The translations under genes and the position numbers were made by a program. The notes beneath the pieces are model-generated. The model was given only the letters and a program-made list of their open reading frames with translations. It was not told where the DNA came from and searched no databases. Below are positions 27,850 to 39,760 of a DNA stretch of 64,000 nt, in pieces. This DNA comes from Leucoraja ocellata (Eukaryota): contig JAWMAR010000243.1 of NCBI GenBank assembly GCA_036785375.1, forward strand, positions 248,001 through 312,000, in the 5' to 3' direction. Position 1 is the stretch's first letter. The number at the start of each line of letters is the position of its first letter.

Positions 27850-28485
27850 TACAGAAACCTATTCTGGCTGTGTATCACCATATCCAAAGCCAGGTGGAAG
27901 CAAGAGATGTAATGCTGAGGCTAGCTTAGGCGCTGCCAGGCCGCATTTGGAGCACTGTGAGCGTATTTGGGCCCAATCTCTGAGGAAGGATGTGTTGGCT
28001 CTGGAGAGGGTCCAGAGGGGGTTTACAAGAATAATTCCAGGAGTGAATGGGTTAACATATGATGAGCGCATGACAGCACTGGGCCTCTACTTGCTGGAGT
28101 TTAGAAGGTTGAGGGGCGACCTCATTGAAATTTACAGAATAATGAAAGGCACAGAGTGGATGTGGAAAGGATGTTTCCAATGGTGGAAGAATCTCGGACC
28201 AGAGGTCATAGCCTCTGAATTAAAGGGTGCTCTGTTAGAAAGGAGGTGAGGAGGAACTTCTTAGTCAGAAGGTAGTTAATCTGTGGAACTCATTGCCACA
28301 GAGGATATCTTTAGTGTATATTCTTAAGGTAGGGATAGACAATTTCTTCATTAGAACAGTGTCAAGGGTTATGGGCAGAAGGCAGGAAATTTGAATTGGG
28401 AGGCAGAGATCAGCCATGATTGAATGGCTGTGTAGACTCGATGGGCCGAATGGCCTACTTCTACTCTTATAACTTGTGAACTTGT
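27850..28485 (+). mobile_element. CR1 LINE 3' fragment
   Basis: EHCERIWAQSLRKDVLALERVQRGFTRIIPG..LEFRRLRGDLIEIYRI; tail gatgggccgaatggcctacttct. Confidence 0.85.
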
Positions 28486-29415
28486 GAATGAAAGTATTAG
28501 ATTGACCAAAGGGAAGAAACCAGATTTGTTTTAAATAAACTAGAACTTTGAGTGCAGAAGGGGAATAGATGAATAAGTCCCTGTCATGTCCAGCCTTCAA
28601 TTAGAAAGCTCTCTGTCTTCAACGTTTCAATGTCTAATGTTTGAATCCTTGATTTTCGTCTCTACTAGTTGTTAGGGCTGGTGCCCATGGTGTGTTATTG
28701 TTTTGCATGGAGATTCAGTGCAGATATGGGGACTGTCACCTCATTATAAATTTATCCAAATATATATTGTAACCCAACAGTGTATTGGAGAACCCAGATT
28801 TTCATAAAGTGATTTTAAGAATCTCAGCTTGTTTGTACAGCTAAGAAATGGAACTGAAGAGTTTGAAGCTGAGGGGAAAACTGGAGAATACGAATACCCC
28901 TTCAGTGTGATGTTGTCTAGAAATGGAGATATGATTTTAACAAATGCCTTTAACCTTGGTTGACATTTGATTTTAATCTAGCCAGGTTCACTTCACAGAA
29001 TAATACAACCTGATTTACAAATTTAGTTCACCTGTTTGAATGAAATGGCTGTGGAATGACTTAGTCGAACAATACCATTGTGTAGTTTGGGAATACAGAT
29101 GCAGTCTTATGATCCCGATATAGATTTTCATGTATTGGAAGACTATCTTGTGACTCAATAGAGCTCATTATCAACCATTAAGTGCTCATTTTTCTGAGGT
29201 ACTGTAGTATGGGTTCAGAGCTTTCAAACAAGGGAATTCTGCATTTTAAATAATTTTACGCTTCCAAAATGTTAAATTTCTTCCTGTATTGTTATTTTTG
29301 AATCATGAAAGCTTTGATGTTTTGAATTTAGAACCTGCTTATTCCCTGCTCGGCACACTCTTTTAGTGGGTAATATTTTACACATTGATTACCTTTTCTT
29401 CTCCTGTTTTGACAG

Positions 29416-29909
29416 TATATTGCCAGAACTTTGCTCCCAATTTCAAAGAGAGCGAGATGAATGTGATTGCTGCTGACATGTGCACTAATGCTCGACGGGT
29501 TCGCAAGCGCTGGCTGCCCAAGATTAAATCGATGCTGCCTGACGGGGTGGAGGTGTACCGCACTGTGATCGGAGATGCAGGTGGCGGAGACAGTTTGGAC
29601 CCTGGGCTGTATGGAACTGGGTTGGCATTTGAGCAAAATGGTCAAGCTGAGAAACGTAGCGATCCTGGGACTGTACTCGGAGAAAGAACAAACCCTGCAA
29701 GCATAGACGTGGAGTCCCCCAGCTCCAACCAGTCGTGTGAACAGAATGAAATGGTAGAGTCCGTAATAAGAGAAGCGGCTGGCACTAATAATTTGGCTCC
29801 CGACACGCCCAACACGGGCGCCACTTTTGATCAAGATGAAGCTTCCTCCAATAATAGATCTGAAACAGCCATGCGGAAACTGGATGGAACATATGCAGGG
29901 ACCTTGTGA
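29416..29909 (+). CDS. NACC2: NACC2 last coding exon (BEN domain end and C-terminus)
   Basis: ttttgacag acceptor; [42 protein letters not shown]...GTYAGTL*; total CDS 835+177+106+98+494=1710 nt. Confidence 0.96.
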
Positions 29910-32551
29910 AGATTTCCACTGCCAAAAGAAAACGCATCATGGTAATTGAAATGGCTTGCATGCATACTAACCCTCTCAACATTTGGCAGTGTTATTAAGC
30001 CACTGACCTGTACCTGTTGCCTGAAGACATGACTTTTATCCAATCTGTATACAAATTGCCATGAAGGAATGAAGACGCCTTTTTAACAGTGAAATAGATG
30101 TTTCTAATTCGACTTGTCTTGCCGGGGCGACGTCAGAGTTTGTATTCTCTCCCCATCAAATGTCACAATTAAGGAGCAGCCAGGTGGCTTGAAAGTTACC
30201 ATTGATGCTGGTATATGTAGCCCTGGTCGTTTTAGCACTGTTGGTCCATTAACAGACTCTTAAATGGAACTGACCTTCTAAAAACACACTAACTGTGATG
30301 GGATTGAAAAGTAGAATTTAAAATAAAATTATGTCCTCATCGACGTCTCAATATCTGCTCTCCTCTAAAAACCATGACGACCGTGGTTACTACTGAGTGT
30401 GCACTAGCTTATCTAGTTGAAGATCAATATTTAGCATAATCTGACTGATTATATTTTTTTCCGACACTTGCATATAAATATGTAGCTATAAGTGATGCTA
30501 TAAGAAGAATGATTGACTGAATGACTTTGGGCTCGGAAGGAGTTTTGAAGATTTCCATTGATGCCGACTGGTAACATTTTGAGCATTTTACCCTGTCAGA
30601 GGGCATGGGTTCCAGGATCCCAGGTGGGATGTTAATCCTTCACTCATTCCTTGAAGTCAGGTGGTACTGCTGTTGGGCTGGACTAAGGCTTGATGGGGAA
30701 GACGTCCAAGCAAAACCTTAAAATAAGCATAAAGGTTTAAGTTGTGCAAGGGGTTTGCATGATGTGACGAGATTGAACATTGATCATGCTTAAGACATAG
30801 ATTGTCATAAAATGTTACTTAGATTGTATACATGCAGAAACATGTGCCTTAGACATTTGATTTACTCTTCCAAGAAAGAATCCCATCATATTTTGCTGAT
30901 TGTTTTGTTAATTGTAAAGAGCACCCATAGTATTTAATTGACGACAGTATTTATGTATAAATACATATTTGTTCACTGGTGTGTGAATTTTCCCAATAGT
31001 TCCTCTTTTTGTTTAAGCAACTTTGGCACAAACCATGCCATTAATATGACTGTTGGCTAAATGCACTTCGTGGAAAGTATTTTTGTTTTTCTAATGAAAC
31101 TGACCATTCCCCTAACACAAGAATGCAGGAGTGCCATTTGAAAGTTTGGCTCCTTGACCCTTTCAACTTGAATATTTTGGCTTTCACTGTTCTGATGCAC
31201 TTTATTATACTTGGTATGTTATCAAAGATTCTCAGCAAGCAAGCATCTTCTAAAATTGTTGATTTTTCCTCGCCCCCCTTTTTTTCGAAGATTAATTGTT
31301 CATTTTTGCTTACATTACTAAAACAAGATGTAATTTCTTTGCGAGGGTGATGGCAATGATGTCATTGCCCGAGCACTCTCCAGAATGCAGATTTTCCTGC
31401 TTGTGGTTCATTGATATATATTTAACATTCTCCTTCCGACAGATTCGTGTGGTTAGATTACTGAATAAAGTCCTGGGGCAGTCCAGTATATTTTCTTACC
31501 TTTGTTCCTTTCCAGTAAAAGACCAATAATAGTTTACTGGATATAATCATTTATTACTTTCTTTAAAAGCTAAACGTAATGCTCTCGGGTAACTTGAGTG
31601 TTGTGCGATATATCTTAATTTACACTTTTGTTCACAGGATAGATGGTTAGCTGCTCCAAAAATACCTTGCCCCCCTTTTGAGGGGAAGGACTGGCTACCA
31701 TTATTCATTCTCCCTTTGAATCTGGAAGAATATGCTGCAACTTCCATTTCTTTCCCTCTTGAGTTCAAAAGATTGAAAACCTATGTCTTCCTGCTGTATT
31801 GCCCCAAATCTGGGAGATTATGCGAACCGATCATGTGTTCTGCCTTTCAAAATGACGCACTACCATTTCTGCTTGTGATAGAGACACTTGTGCACTATGG
31901 GTTTGGATTTGGTTAATGTAGGGCTGAACTCAAGGAACTGTTAGAAGGGCCCGATGATTCCATTTGAGTTTTTCCAGTTTGGGGGGGTAAACAATGCAAC
32001 TGCTCTCAATACTGAACAGAATGCAAAATACTGAAGTACAGGTGCCCACCATAAAGAATATAAATGCCCACCCACCACACCTGCCTGTAGTGGCTGTTTA
32101 TATTCTTTATGGCAAGCGTCTGTCCATTCCATCCACGGATGCTGTCTGACCTGCTGAGTTCCTCCAGCACTTTGTGTTTTGCTCAGGCATCCAGCGTCTG
32201 CAGTTCCTTGTCTCTTCTCCCCTCAATACCATTTCTATGTGCCCTTTTCATTTGGGCAAGAGCACACAAGTGTGAGCAAGTCGCATTTAGTCTTTCCAGC
32301 AATTAAGATCATTTTTCTGCCAGGTTGGATTTAATGGAAAAAAACCCTTTGTATATTTAAACCAGGAAGGTCTCATTTATCTTAGGTCGGCATGGACAAG
32401 CTGGCTGAAGAGCTTTGCTCCACGCTCAATGACTTTATGACTTGTGATCACATGCCTCACCTCGTCTTCCTGCCCATCAATGCACTAATGTTAATGATGG
32501 CAATTGCTTTTATGGAATACTGGTCCAATTCTAATAAAGTGCTGGTGCAAC

Positions 32552-32620
32552 TCCCCCCCCCCCCCCCCCCCCCCCTCCCCCCCCTCCCCCCCTCCCCCCC
32601 CTCCCCCCTCCCCCCTTCCA
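32552..32620. repeat. Poly-C / C-rich low-complexity tract
   Basis: Runs of C interrupted by single T. Confidence 0.9.
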
Positions 32621-34374
32621 CCCTGCTCTTCTATGTTCTACTCACTATCTTGCGGGCAAACTTGCCATAATCCCAGCATGGCAAAGGCATGTTTCATATT
32701 GAATTGCTGACCTTGAACTACATTGTCCAACACAATATCAAGCCTTGAACTTAGTAGAGTGAAAATGATAAACCTCCCATTTAAAAAAAAAAGGACAAAT
32801 GATGGAGCAACACTGTTAGAAATATAACCAAATATACACTAACATTTAAAAAAGTAAATGTTATGCTTTATCCTTTGATCTTGCAGTTAAAATACATCAG
32901 TTGAATGGAACAGCAGAGACAGCGGGAGGACAAATTATAGTCTTTGGTGTAGGATTCAAGAACTACAGAGTAGGTGCTTTCCAAAGATGATATGAACCCC
33001 ACGTTGCAGTGTTGCACACTACCTTTTTTATTTCAACCATTGGATCAACAAGGCACCTTCATATATAAAGGAGATAATTTCTGAAAAATACATAAATCAT
33101 TGAAGTCAGTAGATTCTATCTTCATGGCTACCCTGTTCTTGAAGATGGTTTCAGGATTAATAATCTGATTCATTGGGGGGAAATATTCTGATAAGACATG
33201 CTTTTGTTAAAAGATAATCCTCCTATTTTGGCCTGAGGGAAGCAATCTTGCATCACGTTTTGATTTCACCAAGCGCCCTGCCTTACCAAATGGAGGATGT
33301 ATGCAACCCAATGGTTTGGAAGCACTCCAAGAAATTTCCTGTGCCTAAAAGCTTTAAGTTAAACGGTGCTTTGCAATGTTGGGCCTGAATGGATCAAATG
33401 ACAAATAGTTAAAATACAACTCTAAAATGACAAAATAAGAATAACTTGGTGAGCATGAATTATGGCGTAGGATGTTAAAATTATCAATATAACAAAATAT
33501 AATTTGTGGTATTGTAGTAGTTCTGGTACTTATGCTGAAATGGATGTTAACTACTAGATTTTCCAGCTGGTATTTGGAAGTACAGTAGTATTAACTCAAT
33601 GAAGATGAAAAACACTCAATTAAAATGGAATAACTGCAGCTCAAAATTTTGCAACTCAAGGTTTGATGTGAGGTTATTTGAATCCTTGAATGTAGGAAAC
33701 CTAATTTTTAACAAATTATTCTTCAGTTAACTGCAGAACATCATTAAAATTGCACTAAACTACAGTGATCAGGGATGAAAATCAAACGGTTTCAAATTCC
33801 TGGCATTAAATACCAGGAATGAAATGGTGCAGTGGGTGATGGAGGGGAGAGGAGGAGAATGAAGGAGCTAGAAGGGACATCTGATGGACTCTGCCAAAAG
33901 ATTTTAAAAAATGTAATTGTGCATCAGCCGCATTAACGTTTTCTAACTGCACTATTTCTAGACCATTAACGCAGCTGTCAGGAACCTATTGAGAGATTTG
34001 CTGATTCAAACATTCACACGATTGGAAAAAAAAATGTCCCTCTTAGTTTTCTGAAATCACCAGTAGATTTTCACAAGTCTGATTCAGTAGAGAGGTATTT
34101 TCACATGCTGTGAAAAAAGGGTGCTTTTTCTGCATGCACTTGTGAAGCATGTGAGCCAACTAATATTTTTAATACAAAGCTTTATCAAGTTTCACATACT
34201 AGTTCGTCTGAAGAGGTTCAATGTTGTACTCATTTTTAAGCTTTTTTTTTGCTGTACAGTTTTGTTTAAAAGATGTAATCCACAGACGATAACATTTATG
34301 AAATCACTAAATTTATAATCCATGTTATCTAAGAACTGAACTTTGCAGGCGGGATGTTTTGGGTGACGTTAATC

Positions 34375-34380
34375 AATAAA
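34375..34380 (+). terminator. Candidate proximal polyadenylation signal of NACC2
   Basis: AATAAA followed by gtcctggtctgtttcc. Confidence 0.45.
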
Positions 34381-34444
34381 GTCCTGGTCTGTTTCCTGCA
34401 CTTATCAACAAATCCCATTTTGGAACCATTTAATTCCTACAAAC

Positions 34445-34748
34445 AGTTGGGAGCAGTGTGGAGCTGGTAGAGCTGCTGCCTCACAGATTTGGAGACCTGC
34501 ATTTGATCCTAATCCCGGGTGCTGTCTGTGGAGTTCTACATGGTCCCCTTGACAATGAGAGTTTTCTCCAGGTGCTCTTGTTTCTCCCACATTTCAAAGA
34601 CATGCAGGTTTGAATGGTTAATTGGCCTCTGTAAAATTGTCCCTTGCGTAGGGACAAGATGAGAAAGTGGGATAACAGACCTAGGGCAAATGGGCATTGT
34701 GGACATGGGCCAAAGGGCCTGTTTCCATGCTGGATCTCCAAACTAAAC
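34445..34748 (+). mobile_element. HE1/V-SINE-like SINE
   Basis: gtggagctggtagagctgctgcctcacag head; gggccaaagggcctgtttccatgct tail; aactaaac. Confidence 0.75.
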
Positions 34749-35378
34749 ATCTAGCCGCTTTGACTAATGTGTTGACAAATCATTTCACTTGGCATCAAGA
34801 AACTCTAGTCACAATCCTTTTTTTAATTTTGAAATTACCGTTTATATTTCCAACAAACTGTAATGGGATCTTTTAACATACTAATTTTCCCAAATGGGCC
34901 TGGTTCCTAATCAATGGAATTCTTTATGGTGGGCGTTGGCAGGCAGCACACTCTTCATGTAGCTTTCAACACACCACCAATGTGTGAAACGCATCCTTTG
35001 TGATTGTACTTCGATTTTATTTTAAAGGTACAAGGAACAGATGCTTCTGCCTTTGGGAATTGCAAATATTACTTATTTGAAAGCTTGTGTATTTTAAATG
35101 TACTGTAGATTTATGAAGATAATTGTCCCATGTTTGCAATGCTGGTTTAGGGGATTTGTCAAGTTGGTACAAGAATTACATTGTCTTTGTGTTGACGCTT
35201 GAAATTGGAACCCTGAACCTATTCAATGTGTTTTTCAAATACATCTGACAGGGAAGCATCCAAGGTAGGAATAAAGTGAAGACTTCTCTAGATCTGCTGA
35301 GTGAACAGAACTTGGTCTGGTTAGCAGGACTTATGATGTGAAATCCAGCCACTTCGAGTTAAAGATACTGTTAATGTT

Positions 35379-35566
35379 AAAAGACACAAAGTGCTGGAGT
35401 AATTCAGTAGAACAGGCAGCAGAATATAGATAGGCGATGTTTTGGGTCGTGGCCCTTCCTTTCCTGACCAGAAACATCACCTATCCAGAGATGCTATCGG
35501 ACTTGATGAGTTACTCCAGCACTTTGTATCTTTTTTGGTAAACCAACACCAGCAGTTCTTTATGCC
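35379..35566. mobile_element. Palindromic Penelope-derived element with 13-bp TSD
   Basis: tactgttaatgtt (35366-35378) and tactgttaacgtt (35567-35579). Confidence 0.7.
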
Positions 35567-37159
35567 TACTGTTAACGTTGGGTTGGTTTGTTGTTGAATT
35601 GGGTTTTTTGTTCTCTCCCTTTAACCTGCTCTGGGCAGCTGGCATCTTCTGGCACAGCTGTTGTGTGAAACTGAGTATCATAAGCATGTTCCCCACCAGC
35701 ATCTATTGATTGCTGAAGAGAGTTAGCAGGTATCCCCACTAATCATTAACTGTGCTTCCTCGCTCACCCAGCTACACAATCCAACTCTACATTTACGATC
35801 GAGAGCAATTGAGCACAAATCAAACTATCCTTGCCGTAGTTCAGTATTCCACCATAAAGAATTGAGAAACTGCTTTATGTAGAATGAGAACAACTTTAAG
35901 AATTGGAGAGTATTAATTTCAGAATCCTTGGAAGGTGTGAGGACGAGAAAAAAATTGTTGCAAGCTTGTTTTTATTTAATATGAAGTTGGTGTTTAAACA
36001 TTGACATCAGTCACACCTCCTCCAAACAAAACAGTTCATTTATTTTAATAACTGCTTATGAACTGATAAATGCTCAGTCCTTGTACTGCAGTCAGATCTT
36101 ATCAAAATGATTTTAATTTAACTCCACAGCAATCGGCTGACTGCATTTTTTTTTCATATCAGAACTGCATTTTTGGCTCAAATACGTTTGTATACAAAGT
36201 GTTCATCACATTAGCAAAAATACAATTTCTATTTTGTCCAGTCTCAATCTGATACATTGACTGTCCATTCCCTTCACAAATGCTGCTTGACCTGCTGAGT
36301 TCATTCAGCACTTTATGTTTTGCTCTAGATTCCAGTATCTGCAGTTTTTGTTTAGAAAAGGTTCATAAACTGCATAAATGGATCACCACTTCATGATCTA
36401 TGAGCATATCTTATATTGATCTTTTTTCAACAGACTTTGATCCAAAAGCTCTTCCCTGCCCCTCCCCCCCCCCCCTAATTTCTAACTGAGCAAAGCAACA
36501 AGAAAATGCTCAAATTGAGTATTTAGATGTGGGGTAGCAACAAGGTCACAGTCTATTGTAACTTTTGACACCCTCCAATGCAGTACTGACGGACTATTGA
36601 AGTATTGAAGAGGCATCTAGCCAAACTCTCTAACTTGAGTTAATGTTCTGAAAGACTTTGCCATGAGGAGCTTCAGGATTCCCTGAGAAAGAAATTCTGT
36701 TTATTTTATGCTACAGAATGGAAGATTGTTTGATTTTGAGGGAACTTTGTCTGTCTTGTAATATTTTCAAAGCATTCATGCTGATTTGTTTTCATTTTGC
36801 TTGCCCTACCTCTTTCAAGTTTGTGAAGCAGATCTATCAAAACCTAACACTGCAACTTTAATAGCAACATAATTGGAGAAACCTTTCGGCACCAAAGCAA
36901 ACAATAAGGCCTCACGCTTGTTTAAACTAACATATCAGGATGGAAGAAATGTTGTATGTTTCTGTATGCTTCTTTGATTAAAACTGGGAAAGTGTTCATT
37001 GTGAAAAAAATAATTTAAGAGATTGCCTGACCTGCAGCGGGTTTGTAAAAATTAATTATTTTTAAATTACACTGTAAAATGTCTGAGCCATTTCAACGCA
37101 TTTGCACCTTTAAGTTCGAGGAAAGATTGTATAGATAGAGCTGCCTTACTGAAAATGGC

Positions 37160-37210
37160 ACTGTTGGGACTGTTTCTCCAGCAAGATGACTGTTAAATTC
37201 TGGGACTGTT
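37160..37210 (+). promoter_or_regulatory. Cluster of miR-132/212 seed matches
   Basis: ACTGTT 37160, GACTGTT 37168, GACTGTTA 37188, GACTGTT 37204; complement of the miR-132-3p/212-3p seed AACAGUC. Confidence 0.65.
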
Positions 37211-37239
37211 TCTAGATTTGGCCAAGATTTAACGTGTTC

Positions 37240-37245
37240 AATAAA
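37240..37245 (+). terminator. Candidate distal polyadenylation signal of NACC2
   Basis: AATAAA with downstream ctgtttttgtgtctcctgtc GU-rich element; preceded by a miR-132/212 site cluster. Confidence 0.6.
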
Positions 37246-39409
37246 AGTAACACACTTGAACTGTTTTTGTGTCTCCTGTCATGGTCTGTTTTATTCAATC
37301 TTTATAGCTTCAGTATGAGATTTTGTTATACACTGCTGGCTGAATTTGTGGGAAAGATAATCTTGATCCATGCAGTGTCATTTGAGGTTTTTTTGGAGAT
37401 CGTTTTGAAAAGGTTGAGCACTATTAAATGTATTTTCATCAAACTTTAAAACTGACCAAAGTGTTGATGCACAAGTGATCGTGCATCAGTCCGAGAACTG
37501 TCATCGGTGAATCACAAAGCGAAGTACATGCCACAGACGTGGGTGGAATCAAGACTGATATTCGATTGCAATGTTATGTGTTGAACTGATGGAGATGGAA
37601 TAAGACTTGAGACTAAATCCCTGCTTACATTCAAGTGGACCTCGGAGATTCCAGTGAAATTGAAGTGGTGGAAAATTCTTCACATCTCTGAGTATGTGTA
37701 TACAGTTATTAACCCAGAATTGGGGAATCAAGGGCGAGAGGGTGTAGATTTAATGCAAGAGGAGAAAGATTTAAGCCTGAGAGGCAACCTTTTCCACACA
37801 AACGGTGATAAGTACATGAAACGACTTGCCAGGGGAATTGTTTGAGGCAGGTTTGATAAAATTTATAAAACAGAATGGGTAGTGTTGAAGAAAACGTTAA
37901 AACACAACAGAAAGATTGGTTAAGACAATCAATACTTTATTTAAGAATGCCAAATACAGCGATCTATACAGTGAGCAATCTAGGAGTGCTCAACGAACAA
38001 AGATTTATCTACTGAGAAACACATTTTTCCTTTGATGCTTTGTTTATTGCAGAAGACACTTTAGAACTTTTCCTTCTTCCACATGGTCTTTTAACAAATA
38101 TACATCATGCACCTCTGAAATACACAGCAGAGTAAACACAGCCCAATTCCACACCATTACGTATAAGCAAATGTCCTGTTACTCTTTCGACCTTATTTTA
38201 TTGTTTTACGATTGCCATTTGTCCTTTGACAACAGAGAAGAGAATCTGACTAAAGTAGACTGCAGTGATTGTCAGTTACATATGCTCGGTTTCAACCTTC
38301 TTTAAAGCACAGAATTATTATAACACATGTAGAGAACTTTAAACATTTTTAAGCTCTCTACCTATACCTTGCTGTCTTCTTGAAGCGTTGTGATTTATAA
38401 AGATAAATCGCAACAATAGGAAAGGTTAAAGGACTATGGGTCAATTACAGGCAAATGGGCATCATAGACAAGGTGGACTAAAGGGCCTGCTGTATGTCTC
38501 TTTGACTCCGATGATTGATTTGATCATTTCACATTTAGAGATTCTGATCAATGCAGATTAGCCACAAGGTGTCTCTGGGACTCTCCGCACAGCAATTTGC
38601 TTTGTAAGGCTGGAATGTAATCAGGCAAAATTTGACCCCAACCCACATGAAATATACAGACCAATAACTTGGACGTAATTCAATGATCATAGCAGGAAAG
38701 TTGAGGTCATAAAAGATAACGCATTGTTGGAGTTCCTTTCCACCTTATCTTTCAGCATGATAAGCCAGAAACAGGTCATTTATAACATTTCCATTTAAGA
38801 TGAGATATTTAATCTCTGAATTTGGGGTGCTTTTTAAACTTCATAATTTTTATGAATATTGTACTGTCGAATAATGGAGTTAGTTCACCACCAATTCTAC
38901 ACAGGATACAAAAAAACACACCGTAGTTGAAATGTTAACGTCTCCGTCTCTCTCTCCTTAGATGCCTTGCCTTCCCAGCATTTTGTATTTCAGATCCCAA
39001 CAAATTCTGCTTGCCTTCGTGAAAGTTGCCTGTACGTGGTGCAGCGGTCTCAAGTTAAGTAACCATACTGTTGTGAGTGAATGTTTGTTCTTTAAATGGA
39101 CAGCTTGCTGAGTAAATTTACTGTTTGCTGCAAGTTATACACCCTGTCCCATCGCCACCGCCTAGCAAAGTGTTCAGACCTACTGTTTCACATAATGGGT
39201 GAATGGAATGCGGTTTGCATTAAGATATGGACAACAATGTGTAGTATATGATGTTTAAATCCCCAGGCTATATTTACATATTGATAAAAGTTTAATTTTA
39301 AAATCCTTTGAGGGTGCTGATCTTAGTATGTTTTATGATATTAAATTAAGGCATTTATTATGAATCTGGATTTGAATTTTGATAGGCTACTCGGCTTCAG
39401 GAGGGACAT

Positions 39410-39760
39410 TTTTCACCTGGGTTATTCCCTCTTCTCCCTGCTTCCATTAGGCAGAAGCAACAAAAGCTTGAAAGTACATACCACCAGACGCAGGAATAAT
39501 CCCACCCATATGTTAGGGTGTAGTCCTGAAATTCCAGCATACCTAAATGCAGACAATGGACTTTTTTTAATCTGGAACTTACGCTACCCACCTAAATGCC
39601 CAAAAAACTAATATTCACTGATATTTTGCACTTTGCATTACCTGTTGTGCTCGTGCATGAGTTGATTGTGCTTGTGTATAGTATCTGATTTGATTGGATC
39701 GCACGCATACAAAAACTTTCCACTATCTTGGTACATGTATCAATAATAAATCAATACCAA
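39410..39760 (+). mobile_element. Rex1/Babar-like LINE 3' fragment
   Basis: HLGYSLFSLLPLGRSNKSLKVHTTR resembles the Rex-Babar C-terminal HP.HSLFSLLPSGRRYRSL motif; tail ttcactatcttggtacatg..aataataaa. Confidence 0.6.

Larger units (their letters stand above)
29910..37265 (+). other. NACC2: Putative long NACC2 3'UTR
   Basis: Follows the stop codon; AT-rich; AATAAA at 34375 and at 37240, the latter followed by a GT/T-rich tract. Confidence 0.6.

Noticed and set aside
29328-29834. 168-aa antisense ORF (and the 128-aa one at 11529-11915)
   Set aside because: Antisense shadows of NACC2 coding exons.
32392-32710. Polyproline ORFs
   Set aside because: Translation of a poly-C tract in the 3'UTR.
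37465-37488. 8-bp inverted repeat tgatgcac/gtgcatca
   Set aside because: Short enough to occur by chance.
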